64,000 nt of DNA from positions 1 to 64,000 of the forward strand of contig CBDAFS010000034.1 in NCBI GenBank assembly GCA_965195285.1. Reading direction: 5' to 3'. Origin of the DNA: an uncultured Aminicenantes bacterium. Lineage in GTDB: Bacteria > Acidobacteriota > Aminicenantia > UBA2199. The notes beneath the pieces are model-generated. The model was not told the origin of the DNA, did not search any database, and saw nothing but the letters and a program-made list of their open reading frames with translations. Of the stretch, positions 8,551-17,197 are shown piece after piece (the first letter of the stretch is position 1; every line of letters begins with the position of its first letter). Position numbers and translations under genes: made by a program.

Positions 8551-9477
8551 ATGATTAAGGTATTAAATCTCTCCAAGTCTTTCAAAGACATCAGTGCGGT
8601 CAATGACATTTCCTTCGAAATCCCGGTCAACAGCATCACCACCATTGCCGGCGCCGACGGTTCCGGTAAATCCACTATTTTTAAAATGCTCATGGGGCTC
8701 ATCAAAAGGGATGCCGGCAGTATTTACCTGAAAAATGAAGACATCGGTTCTGATTTCAACCAGATCACCCGGCTGACCGGGTATATGCCCGAACGCTTTT
8801 CTCTCTATCCGGATCTAAGCGTGGAAGAAAATCTCAATTTTTATGCAGACATCCATCAGGTGCCGAGATCCAGAAGGGAGAAACTGAAGCAAAGACTGCT
8901 GGAGACCACCGGAATGATTCAATTCAAAAACCGCAGGGCCCGGGACCTGTCCGGAGGTATGAAACAAAAACTGGCCCTGTCCACCATCCTGCTGTCCGCC
9001 CCTGAGCTGGTTCTGCTGGATGAACCGACCACCGGCGTGGATCCGTTATCCAGGATTGAATTCTTTAATATCATTCACGATCTGAAACAGGAGGGTAAAA
9101 CCATTTTTATATCCACTCCCTATCTGGATGAAGCAGAGCGGAGCGATCATATTATTTTTTTAAAAAAGGGAGAGATCATTAAGAAGGGCCCCCTGCAAAT
9201 CATCAGAAAGCAGTTTCCGGCCAAACTATTTTCCATTCTGCCCCGGGGAAACATATATGAGATCATGGAGAGGTTAAACCGGTATGAGGACCTGAAAAAT
9301 GCGGTGTATATCCGGGGAAAATATATTAAATACATCCAGTTTTCCCGGAAAAATCACCTGAACCTGTTCCCCTCCATTTCAATCAAGGAGGAACCTCCGA
9401 AACTTGAAGATATTTTCCTGTTCTATGAAAGGCAATCAAAAGCCAGTCCGGAAGGAATTCATGCCGCCACTGATTGA
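8551..9477 (+). CDS. ABC transporter ATP-binding protein (YbhF N-half-like)
   Basis: GADGSGKST, LSGGMKQK, LLDEPTTGVDP. Confidence 0.92.
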   Translation: MIKVLNLSKSFKDISAVNDISFEIPVNSITTIAGADGSGKSTIFKMLMGLIKRDAGSIYLKNEDIGSDFNQITRLTGYMPERFSLYPDLSVEENLNFYADIHQVPRSRREKLKQRLLETTGMIQFKNRRARDLSGGMKQKLALSTILLSAPELVLLDEPTTGVDPLSRIEFFNIIHDLKQEGKTIFISTPYLDEAERSDHIIFLKKGEIIKKGPLQIIRKQFPAKLFSILPRGNIYEIMERLNRYEDLKNAVYIRGKYIKYIQFSRKNHLNLFPSISIKEEPPKLEDIFLFYERQSKASPEGIHAATD

Positions 9478-10225
9478 AATCAAAAAATTGACCAAAAAAT
9501 TCGGGAGGTTTACAGCGGTAAACGCCATAAACTTTTCCATCCGCCAGGGAGAAATTCTGGGATTTCTGGGACCCAACGGGGCCGGAAAAACCACCACCAT
9601 CAAAATGATTAACGGCTTGTCAAAGATATCATCGGGCAGTGTGTCGATCAAGGGACTGGATTCCCGGAAGAACCGTCGGGAAATAAAGAAAATCATGGGC
9701 TATATGTCTCAAAAATTTTCACTCTATCCACTGCTGACGTCTCTGGAGAACATCGAGTTTTTTGGCGGCATATCAGGATTGAGCCGGCATGACATTCAGA
9801 AAAAAAAAGAGGAAATCCAGCCTCTTATCCCCCTTGCCATTCTGACCCAGAAGATCGTTGACATCCCCCCCGGGGTGAAGCAGAAGATCGCCCTTTTTAT
9901 CTGCCTGATGACCGATCCGGAGATCATTCTTCTGGATGAGCCCACCTCCGGTGTGGATCCGGAAGTTAGGCGAAATTTCTGGATGGAAATTTATCAATTG
10001 AAAAAAAGCGGCAAGACCATCCTGGTCAGCACCCACAATCTGGATGAGGTGGAGTATGCCGACCGGATCATTATCATTCATCGAGGCAACATCATCCTTG
10101 AGGGAGAGCCTTCGGAACTTCAGGCCCGGCAGGGCAAGGATTCCATCGAAGCCCTGTTCAAGGATGCCATCATCAACTATGACAATCAATTGTCCAGGAC
10201 CGGGGGAGCCGAATGCAGCGACTGA
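9461..10225 (+). CDS. ABC transporter ATP-binding protein (YbhF C-half-like)
   Basis: GPNGAGKTT, GYMSQKFSLY, LLDEPTSGVDP, STH; AAGGA SD before ATG 9461. Confidence 0.92.
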   Translation: MPPLIEIKKLTKKFGRFTAVNAINFSIRQGEILGFLGPNGAGKTTTIKMINGLSKISSGSVSIKGLDSRKNRREIKKIMGYMSQKFSLYPLLTSLENIEFFGGISGLSRHDIQKKKEEIQPLIPLAILTQKIVDIPPGVKQKIALFICLMTDPEIILLDEPTSGVDPEVRRNFWMEIYQLKKSGKTILVSTHNLDEVEYADRIIIIHRGNIILEGEPSELQARQGKDSIEALFKDAIINYDNQLSRTGGAECSD

Positions 10226-11331
10226 AAGCAGTCATTATAAAGGAATTTTTCCATATACTCAGGGACCCGGCCAGCCTCACCATTGTCTTTCTGATGCCGA
10301 TACTCATGGTATCCATTTACGGGTATTCAATCAGTTTCGACCTGAAATCCATTGATGCCGGTATCATCGACCTTTCCAGGGGAGACCTGGCCGGACAACT
10401 GATCGAAAAATTTGCCAACAATCAATACTTTCGAATCCGGTCACTGGGCCTTTCCCAATCCGATCCGATAGAAACAGCAGAGAGGCACCTGAAATCGGGA
10501 AAACTCAAAGAGGTCATCATCATTCCTCCGGATTTCTCCCAACAGATGCTTAAACAGCCTCCGGCTGAAATCGGAATTATTATCGATGGCAGCGATTCCA
10601 ATGTGGCCAACCTGATTCATCAGTACAATGAAATGGTCATCATGGAGTTCGTGTCCGAATTTCAAAACCTGAAGGATATCCTGACCATCAACACCTCTAT
10701 TCTTTTCAATCCGGAAGTGAAGAGCACATTTTTCTTCTTACCCGGAATCATCGCCATTATTCTGCTCATGATTTCCGCCCTGCTAACCTCTCTCAGTATT
10801 TCCCGGGAAAAGGAATCCGGCTCAATCGATCTGATCTTCATCTCTCCTCTGAAATCTCATGAAATCATTATCGGCAAAACCATTCCCTATATATTTGTAG
10901 GCCTGCTGGATGGCATCCTTATATTTCTGTTTGCCCGTTTCTGGTTTCATATTCCCTTCAAGGGGAATCTCCTGGTTCTGTTGATATTCTCACTGCTCTA
11001 CATCCTGTCAGGCCTCTCCCTGGGCATACTGATCTCCTCGATTGCCCCCAGTCAAAAAACGGCCATGCTGGCAACCCTGCTGATCACCCTGCTGCCCTCT
11101 ATCCTGCTTTCTGGCTTCATATTCCCTTTGGACTCCATGGCTCCGGTCCTTCGCTCGATATCCTACCTGATCCCGGCCACATACTTCCTGAAAATCATCC
11201 GGGGGGTGGCAGTCAAGGGAGCGGAATTAAAGTATTTCCTGGTCGATGGGTTGATCATGATCGCATTCAGTGCTCTTCTCATAGCATTATCAAGCATTCG
11301 CTTCAGTCATTCCCGGGAGAAATCGAAATGA
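10213..11331 (+). CDS. ABC-2 type transporter permease (YbhS-like)
   Basis: KEFFHILRD, IDGSD, REKESGS, LLSGFIFP. Confidence 0.92.
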   Translation: MQRLKAVIIKEFFHILRDPASLTIVFLMPILMVSIYGYSISFDLKSIDAGIIDLSRGDLAGQLIEKFANNQYFRIRSLGLSQSDPIETAERHLKSGKLKEVIIIPPDFSQQMLKQPPAEIGIIIDGSDSNVANLIHQYNEMVIMEFVSEFQNLKDILTINTSILFNPEVKSTFFFLPGIIAIILLMISALLTSLSISREKESGSIDLIFISPLKSHEIIIGKTIPYIFVGLLDGILIFLFARFWFHIPFKGNLLVLLIFSLLYILSGLSLGILISSIAPSQKTAMLATLLITLLPSILLSGFIFPLDSMAPVLRSISYLIPATYFLKIIRGVAVKGAELKYFLVDGLIMIAFSALLIALSSIRFSHSREKSK

Positions 11332-12425
11332 GGCTTTTTTATCTGATTAAAAAAGAATTTATCGAAATATTCCGGCAAAAAGAACTGCTTCCCCTTATTT
11401 TCATTGCCCCCATTATCCAGATTATTATTCTGGGTTATGTGGTAAAGACCGACATCAAGAACATTCCGGTTGAAATTATCAACCTGACAACCAACAAAAA
11501 TGCATCCAGGATCATCAACCGGATCAACAACACTCCCCTGTTCCGGGTAAAGGCCATTTCCGATCAAAACAAGGACACGGTTGAATTGCTGAAAAGGGGA
11601 CAGGTTAAAGCGGTGATTATTTTCAAGGATCCTCCCCGACAAAATCCCTTCAACTACCCCGAAATCCAGATAAATCTGGATGGCATCGACTCCAACACCT
11701 CCCTGATCGCAGCCGGTTATTTCAATGGGATTATCAAAAAATTTCTCCTGGATAACCTGAAAAAAGCCGGAATGCATCAGCCTGCGATGAGTAAAACCCT
11801 GATCCGCTTCAATCCCACTCTGGAAAGCATCAACTACATGGGTCCGGGAATCGTGGCCCTCCTGCTGACCATCATATCGCTGTTCTTTACCTCGATATCC
11901 ATCGTGCGTGAAAAGGAGCAGCAGACCATGGACACGCTGCTGATTTCCCGATTGACTCCCATCGAAATATATTTGGGGAAAGCCATTCCCACATCCATTA
12001 TCGGATTAATCAACATGAGCCTGGGAATCGCCATGGTCATGATCTGGTTTCGGGTGCCGGTGCGGGGCAATCTGCTCTATCTCCTGCTGGCATCTATTAT
12101 ATTTCTGTCCGCACTCCTGGCCTATGCCCTACTCATATCCGTCATCACCTCCACCCAGCAGCAGGCCCTGTTTTTTGCCTGGTTTACCATGCTGACCTTC
12201 ATGCTGTTGTCCGGCCTGTTCACGCCCATCGAGAACATTCCCCCCGGATTGAGGATTCTGGCCGACATCAATCCCATCCGCTATTTGATCAAGATCATCC
12301 GGGAAATATTCCTAAAAGGGAACGGGATCGAATACTTTTATAAAGAGTTACTCTACCTGCTGGCCATTGCCTCGGTAACCATAACTGTTTCCGTTCTGAA
12401 TTTCAAACGTTTCATATCAAAATAA
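11328..12425 (+). CDS. ABC-2 type transporter permease (YbhR-like)
   Basis: KEFIEIFR, SIVREKE, LLSGLFTPIEN, INPIRY. Confidence 0.92.
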   Translation: MRLFYLIKKEFIEIFRQKELLPLIFIAPIIQIIILGYVVKTDIKNIPVEIINLTTNKNASRIINRINNTPLFRVKAISDQNKDTVELLKRGQVKAVIIFKDPPRQNPFNYPEIQINLDGIDSNTSLIAAGYFNGIIKKFLLDNLKKAGMHQPAMSKTLIRFNPTLESINYMGPGIVALLLTIISLFFTSISIVREKEQQTMDTLLISRLTPIEIYLGKAIPTSIIGLINMSLGIAMVMIWFRVPVRGNLLYLLLASIIFLSALLAYALLISVITSTQQQALFFAWFTMLTFMLLSGLFTPIENIPPGLRILADINPIRYLIKIIREIFLKGNGIEYFYKELLYLLAIASVTITVSVLNFKRFISK

Positions 12426-12436
12426 TCGTCTATATT

Positions 12437-13339
12437 TTACCCCTTTTCAGTAAGGTATACACCAATTAAAACAGCCAGGGCACCGACAAACAAATTAAAT
12501 CCGATGGTTTCCTTCAGATAAATCGAGGCAATGATAACTGTCATGGGAGGAACGGTATACAGATATACCCCCACTTTCTGTGATTCGGTTTTTTCCAGGG
12601 CATAAAAATACAGCAGGGTGGCCAGAAAAGAACAGGTAACGCCCAGAAAACCGATTGCCGCCCAGGCCCGTACCGGAATAGTTAACAGCGATATTGAGGC
12701 CTGATTCATTTCCATTATCCCCAGGGGTGCCATATAGATGGCGCCCATGACAGTGACCACCGTGGTGATATCCAGGGCAGACATACGCCGGGTCATGCCC
12801 TTGCCCATCACCGTAAAAACAGCCCACATCAAAATACTGGAAAACACCAGCAGGTCACCCAGCAAATGGCCCTTCAGTTTGAAAGACAGCAAATTGTCAA
12901 TACCCATGACCACCAAAACCCCGGCCAGGGCACACCCGATCCCCAATGCTTTTTTCCAGGTGATCCGCTCGTTCAGAAAGATAACCGAGATGATGGTGAT
13001 CAAAACAGGTCCAGTGGCCGCATAAATGGAAGCATTGGAGGCAGTGGTCATTCCGATCCCTGCAGTTTGAAGCCCGTAATGCAGCCCGGTACCGAACAAG
13101 CTTAACACAAACAACTTCCCTATCCAAACCGGATGACCAAGTTTTATTCCGGACCGCCGGACCAAGAGCCACAATAAAAAACATATTCCGGAAATGATCA
13201 GGCGAAATGAGACCACGCTTAAGGCTGGAACCGTTTCCAGAGCCACCTTGGTGGCAATGAAAGATACCGCCCAGAAAAAACAGGCCCCCAGGAGTGCGAT
13301 TTTTGATGTCAAGGACACCTTTGTTCTTTTGGAATTCAA
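12437..13339 (-). CDS. DMT/EamA family transporter
   Basis: about 10 TM helices in two EamA repeats (FWAVSF...FLNERIT; LMWAVF...YLKETIG). Confidence 0.9.
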   Translation of the reverse strand: MNSKRTKVSLTSKIALLGACFFWAVSFIATKVALETVPALSVVSFRLIISGICFLLWLLVRRSGIKLGHPVWIGKLFVLSLFGTGLHYGLQTAGIGMTTASNASIYAATGPVLITIISVIFLNERITWKKALGIGCALAGVLVVMGIDNLLSFKLKGHLLGDLLVFSSILMWAVFTVMGKGMTRRMSALDITTVVTVMGAIYMAPLGIMEMNQASISLLTIPVRAWAAIGFLGVTCSFLATLLYFYALEKTESQKVGVYLYTVPPMTVIIASIYLKETIGFNLFVGALAVLIGVYLTEKG

Positions 13340-13555
13340 GCTTCAACCTCTTGGTCTGAAAAAATACATTCTACCAAAATGGCAAAATATTTTCAGATTC
13401 ACTGAAAAAAAAGATGAAAAAAGGCAGGGACGGTTTACAAATATTCACAATTAATGATATGATATACCCTTAAAATTTGAAAAGGACTTATAAATGCTAT
13501 TTTCTGGAAACTTTAGTTGCAATTCCAACGTCAAAACAATACTTGGAGCAAAAAA

Positions 13556-14221
13556 ATGAAAGGCACCAAAACCATTCAACTGGTATTATTATCTATCCTC
13601 TTAACCACTATGATTTTCGGACAGGAGAGCGAAAAACCTTTTAAAAGGGATATATTCGCCCTTACCCTAAAAGGTGCTTATCTTCCCAGTGAAGATGATG
13701 CTTATAGTGATCTCTACGGTAAGACCAAATATGCGCCCGAGGGGGAAATCGAAATCAGATTTTCCGGTAATTTTTATTTCTGGGGCAGTTACTGTCTTGT
13801 GATCGGCAATAGTGAATGGCCGGAATGGAGCTCAAAATCACTGGTGGACCCTGACTTCCGATGGGAAATCACTTCCAGCAAACACCTGGTTGCCTTCGGT
13901 GCCGGTTACTTTATAGGGCTGAATGAGCCCGGAGAGATATCCATTAAACTGGAAGCCGGAGTTTGCCTGATCATCAATAACGACGTAACCGATAAGTTTC
14001 TGGAAGTCTCCGATACCATCACCGACACCATCACTGAAAAAACCACCAAAATCGGTGCTATCGGAGAACTGGGAGTCACCTACGGACTATGGAAGAGCCT
14101 GTTTGCCGAGGCTTCGGTGGCCTATATCTATTCAACCGAAACCCGGCTGATTGATGATGAAGAAACAAGGATTCAGCTGGGTGGATTGAAAATCGGTGTA
14201 GGCCTGGGCATAAAATTTTGA
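13556..14221 (+). CDS. outer membrane beta-barrel protein
   Basis: signal peptide, amphipathic beta-strands, C-terminal GLGIKF; GGAG SD before ATG 13556. Confidence 0.7.
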   Translation: MKGTKTIQLVLLSILLTTMIFGQESEKPFKRDIFALTLKGAYLPSEDDAYSDLYGKTKYAPEGEIEIRFSGNFYFWGSYCLVIGNSEWPEWSSKSLVDPDFRWEITSSKHLVAFGAGYFIGLNEPGEISIKLEAGVCLIINNDVTDKFLEVSDTITDTITEKTTKIGAIGELGVTYGLWKSLFAEASVAYIYSTETRLIDDEETRIQLGGLKIGVGLGIKF

Positions 14222-14282
14222 ATCCAGCCATGTATACCTGTTGTGCCATGACAATAAGAAAAAGATTTAGGAGATTGAATCC

Positions 14283-14984
14283 ATGAAAAATAGATATTTA
14301 TTTACTTTATTTGGGTTATTACTAACCATAAATTTTCTCCTGTTCCTGCCAAACTGTTCCACCACCGAGGATGACGACTTTCAGCTCTTCGAACTGAATG
14401 TCATCATCGATGAAGGCGTGAGCGGGACTCCGGTAACCGGAACCTATCCCTATAACGAAGGTGACACGGTGGATTACAGTTATGACCTGATGAACAATTA
14501 TAAAAACCTGTCGGTCACCCTGGATAATGAAGCAATAGAACCCATCGGAACCGTTACGATCACCGGGATTCATACCATGAGAGCCCTTGCCGATCCGATT
14601 TATGACATTGCCGGCAACTGGGATTTAAGCGAAGAATACGATGATGGCAGCTCATTTGAAGTCAGCACCTCCTTTACCGGTACTCTGGACAACGGAACCG
14701 TTACCGATACGGACGGTGGCGAAGGGGTTTATACCGTGGATGAATACAACCGGATTGAGTTTAACCTTGAATTTGACAACATCAATTATGAATATGAGGG
14801 ACTCTTCGATGATGCCAATACCATGAGCGGTAGTTGCAAAAAGGTCTCCGATTCCGGTACTTCTTACGGCACCTGGAGCGCAACCCGAATTGAGCAAACC
14901 TCGCCAATTAAAACCAACTCCCGTTCAGGGAAAAAATCCGATCCCTTCCCCCTGAGCCAGCCCCACTTCAACCCGGATCTTTAA
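14283..14984 (+). CDS. hypothetical acidic lipoprotein
   Basis: hydrophobic signal followed by Cys (LPNC); beta-rich, Asp/Glu/Thr-rich. Confidence 0.6.
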   Translation: MKNRYLFTLFGLLLTINFLLFLPNCSTTEDDDFQLFELNVIIDEGVSGTPVTGTYPYNEGDTVDYSYDLMNNYKNLSVTLDNEAIEPIGTVTITGIHTMRALADPIYDIAGNWDLSEEYDDGSSFEVSTSFTGTLDNGTVTDTDGGEGVYTVDEYNRIEFNLEFDNINYEYEGLFDDANTMSGSCKKVSDSGTSYGTWSATRIEQTSPIKTNSRSGKKSDPFPLSQPHFNPDL

Positions 14985-14998
14985 GGGCTTGGGTCCGG

Positions 14999-15406
14999 TT
15001 ATTCCTTGATTTGGGTTCCGATGATCAGCTTTTTAAGTCCGCTGTTTTTTACAGCGTCCATGACTTCTACCACCAGGCCGTAATTGACATCCTTGTCTGC
15101 CTTGAGGATCAGGGCACGGTCCTTCATCCCGGAAAGCGCCTCTCTTATCCTGGTTTCCAGACCTTCAAGACTGATCTCACTGTCATTCAAAAAAAGCGTA
15201 CCATTCCGGCTCACGAACAGGGTGAATTCTTTTTGTTCAACCAGAACCGAACTCTTGGCCTCGGGCAGTTCCAGTTGAATTCCGGGTTGTTCCAAAAAAG
15301 TCGAGGAAACCATGAGGAAAATCAGCAGCAAAAAAAGCACATCGATCAATGAAGTAATATTGATCAGGGCCCTTCCCTTTTTACGGGCTCCGAATTTAAA
15401 CCGCAT
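14999..15406 (-). CDS. exbD: biopolymer transport protein ExbD/TolR
   Basis: INITSLIDVLFLLLIF, LKADK; downstream of exbB. Confidence 0.88.
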   Translation of the reverse strand: MRFKFGARKKGRALINITSLIDVLFLLLIFLMVSSTFLEQPGIQLELPEAKSSVLVEQKEFTLFVSRNGTLFLNDSEISLEGLETRIREALSGMKDRALILKADKDVNYGLVVEVMDAVKNSGLKKLIIGTQIKE

Positions 15407-16034
15407 GGGATTTCCTTTTCTTCTTGAAGCGGGTTACTTTTCTGAGTAAAATGCTTGAGTTCTTTTCAATTTCCAGTATCAGTCGCTCGGCTTTGTTGGA
15501 AAAATAATTGTAGCCCACCACCGCTGGAATCCCGATGGAGAGCCCTATAATGGTAGTAATCAAGGCTTCTGAAATACCACCTGACATGGCCCGGGCCTGG
15601 CCCACTCCTAGTGATGAAATCACATTAAACACTTTTAAAATCCCGATCACCGTACCCAGGAGTCCCAAAAGGGGCGCAATACCGGCAATGGTTTCCAGGA
15701 CCACCAGCCCTCTCTCCAGGTGATAAACCTCCTGGCGGCCCTGATCATTCACCGCTTCTTTTATTTCTTCGGTGGATGAATTCCGGATTTCCAGGCCGAC
15801 CCGGATAATATTGGCAAAAGGGCCTCTGTATTTCTCACAGATCGAAGATGCCAGCCCGATATCCCCGGGTCCTTTGATGTTATTGATCACACTTTCAATT
15901 TCCGGAATAATCACCCTTTTCCGGCGCAGCGAAAAAATCCTCTCAATAATAATTGACAGGCTGATTACCGAACAGAGCAAAAGCGGATAAATGATAAAAC
16001 CCCCTTTGCTTAAGAATTCAATTACATGTTTCAT
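15396..16034 (-). CDS. exbB: MotA/TolQ/ExbB proton channel protein
   Basis: APLLGLLGTVIG and GISEALITT motifs. Confidence 0.9.
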   Translation of the reverse strand: MKHVIEFLSKGGFIIYPLLLCSVISLSIIIERIFSLRRKRVIIPEIESVINNIKGPGDIGLASSICEKYRGPFANIIRVGLEIRNSSTEEIKEAVNDQGRQEVYHLERGLVVLETIAGIAPLLGLLGTVIGILKVFNVISSLGVGQARAMSGGISEALITTIIGLSIGIPAVVGYNYFSNKAERLILEIEKNSSILLRKVTRFKKKRKSHAV

Positions 16035-16038
16035 CCAT

Positions 16039-16935
16039 CTATTCTCCTCTTTTTCTTGGTTTTTTAACCAGGTACAAAAATTTTCCTGTTACCTCCAGAT
16101 AGGGTTCGGGAAAATCCGTGGGTAGCCGGGGGAACGGAGCGGAAATTTCAATCGCCGTATGACTGGTCTTCATCAATGATTCATCCCCCTGATACCCCAG
16201 TACTCTCAGATCTCTTAGCTCGCCATTGGGGTATATTTTAAACCGGAGCAGGGTCGTCCCGCTGATCATTCCCAGCCGGGTAAAGGCAATGGGAGGGTAG
16301 ATATTCTGCCGGATCCGTCTTTTCAACTCCAGCAAGTAGGGAGCAAAGCTCCAGTCATATGTATTAAATGACAGGCCGCCCATTTCCAGGGCCCGCGATT
16401 TCAGGTTTTCATGAGCCACATTGGGCAACTGATCCTTGGCACCGGATTTTTCGGTATTGGGATTTTTAAAAACATATTCTTTATAAAAAATACCGGCACT
16501 ATTCTTATCCAGGAATTCCCTGAGTTCGGACAAATCTTCATTTTCCGGTGTTTCGACCTGACGGGGTTTGGGTTGGCCCTTTTCCTGCCTGGGCACGGGC
16601 AGTTCATGAGAATCGAAATCTCCCCTGGAAAAGGCTTCTCCCGGTTTAACCCGGGAATCGGTTTCCGGATTCCGGGTCCGGGCATTCTTGTCGGATAAAA
16701 AATCGGCCTTTTCCGGCGGTTTCACGGTTCGGGCATCCTCCGGGTTTTCAATAACCTCCCGGGGCCGGTTGGGTGATTGCAAATCAAACACAATAGGGTC
16801 GCTGTCCAGAGGGGGAACCGGTTCCACCCGGAACCCGATGATCTTCCATTCCACGGCCAGATTCAACAATAGAAAAATGAGAATATGCAACACCAGGGAA
16901 ATGAAAGGAATATATCTTTTATAACCGGATTTCAC
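16039..16935 (-). CDS. TonB/TolA-like energy transducer
   Basis: N-terminal TM with SxxxH (SLVLH), charged Pro-rich linker, TonB_C-like end (IYPP...APFPRLP); upstream of exbBD. Confidence 0.75.
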   Translation of the reverse strand: MKSGYKRYIPFISLVLHILIFLLLNLAVEWKIIGFRVEPVPPLDSDPIVFDLQSPNRPREVIENPEDARTVKPPEKADFLSDKNARTRNPETDSRVKPGEAFSRGDFDSHELPVPRQEKGQPKPRQVETPENEDLSELREFLDKNSAGIFYKEYVFKNPNTEKSGAKDQLPNVAHENLKSRALEMGGLSFNTYDWSFAPYLLELKRRIRQNIYPPIAFTRLGMISGTTLLRFKIYPNGELRDLRVLGYQGDESLMKTSHTAIEISAPFPRLPTDFPEPYLEVTGKFLYLVKKPRKRGE

Positions 16936-17197
16936 TGGACTATTTCACCTCATATCGCTCGGGGCATTAAAGTAAATTGAAAGCTTTTTATTCATTTGTC
17001 AGAAACCAAAACGGATCACCCGGATTCTATTATACAACATATAACGGCCAATCGGTTAAAACACATTACCCTATAGACCGGTTTTAACCGCCAAGGGTTT
17101 CAAAACCCCTGAAAGTTACAATTTGTTACAATTTTGAAATGATTTATTTACACAGAGGGGGACGGAGGATGACAATTTACGAATAAGTCGGGTTTCA

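Noticed and set aside
8551-10225. Two tandem ABC ATPases, the second with a degenerate signature (IPPGVKQ)
   Set aside because: Matches the known split YbhF-type arrangement; not novel
16936-17197. Possible cobalamin riboswitch upstream of the tonB-like gene
   Set aside because: No B12 box or other core motifs visible
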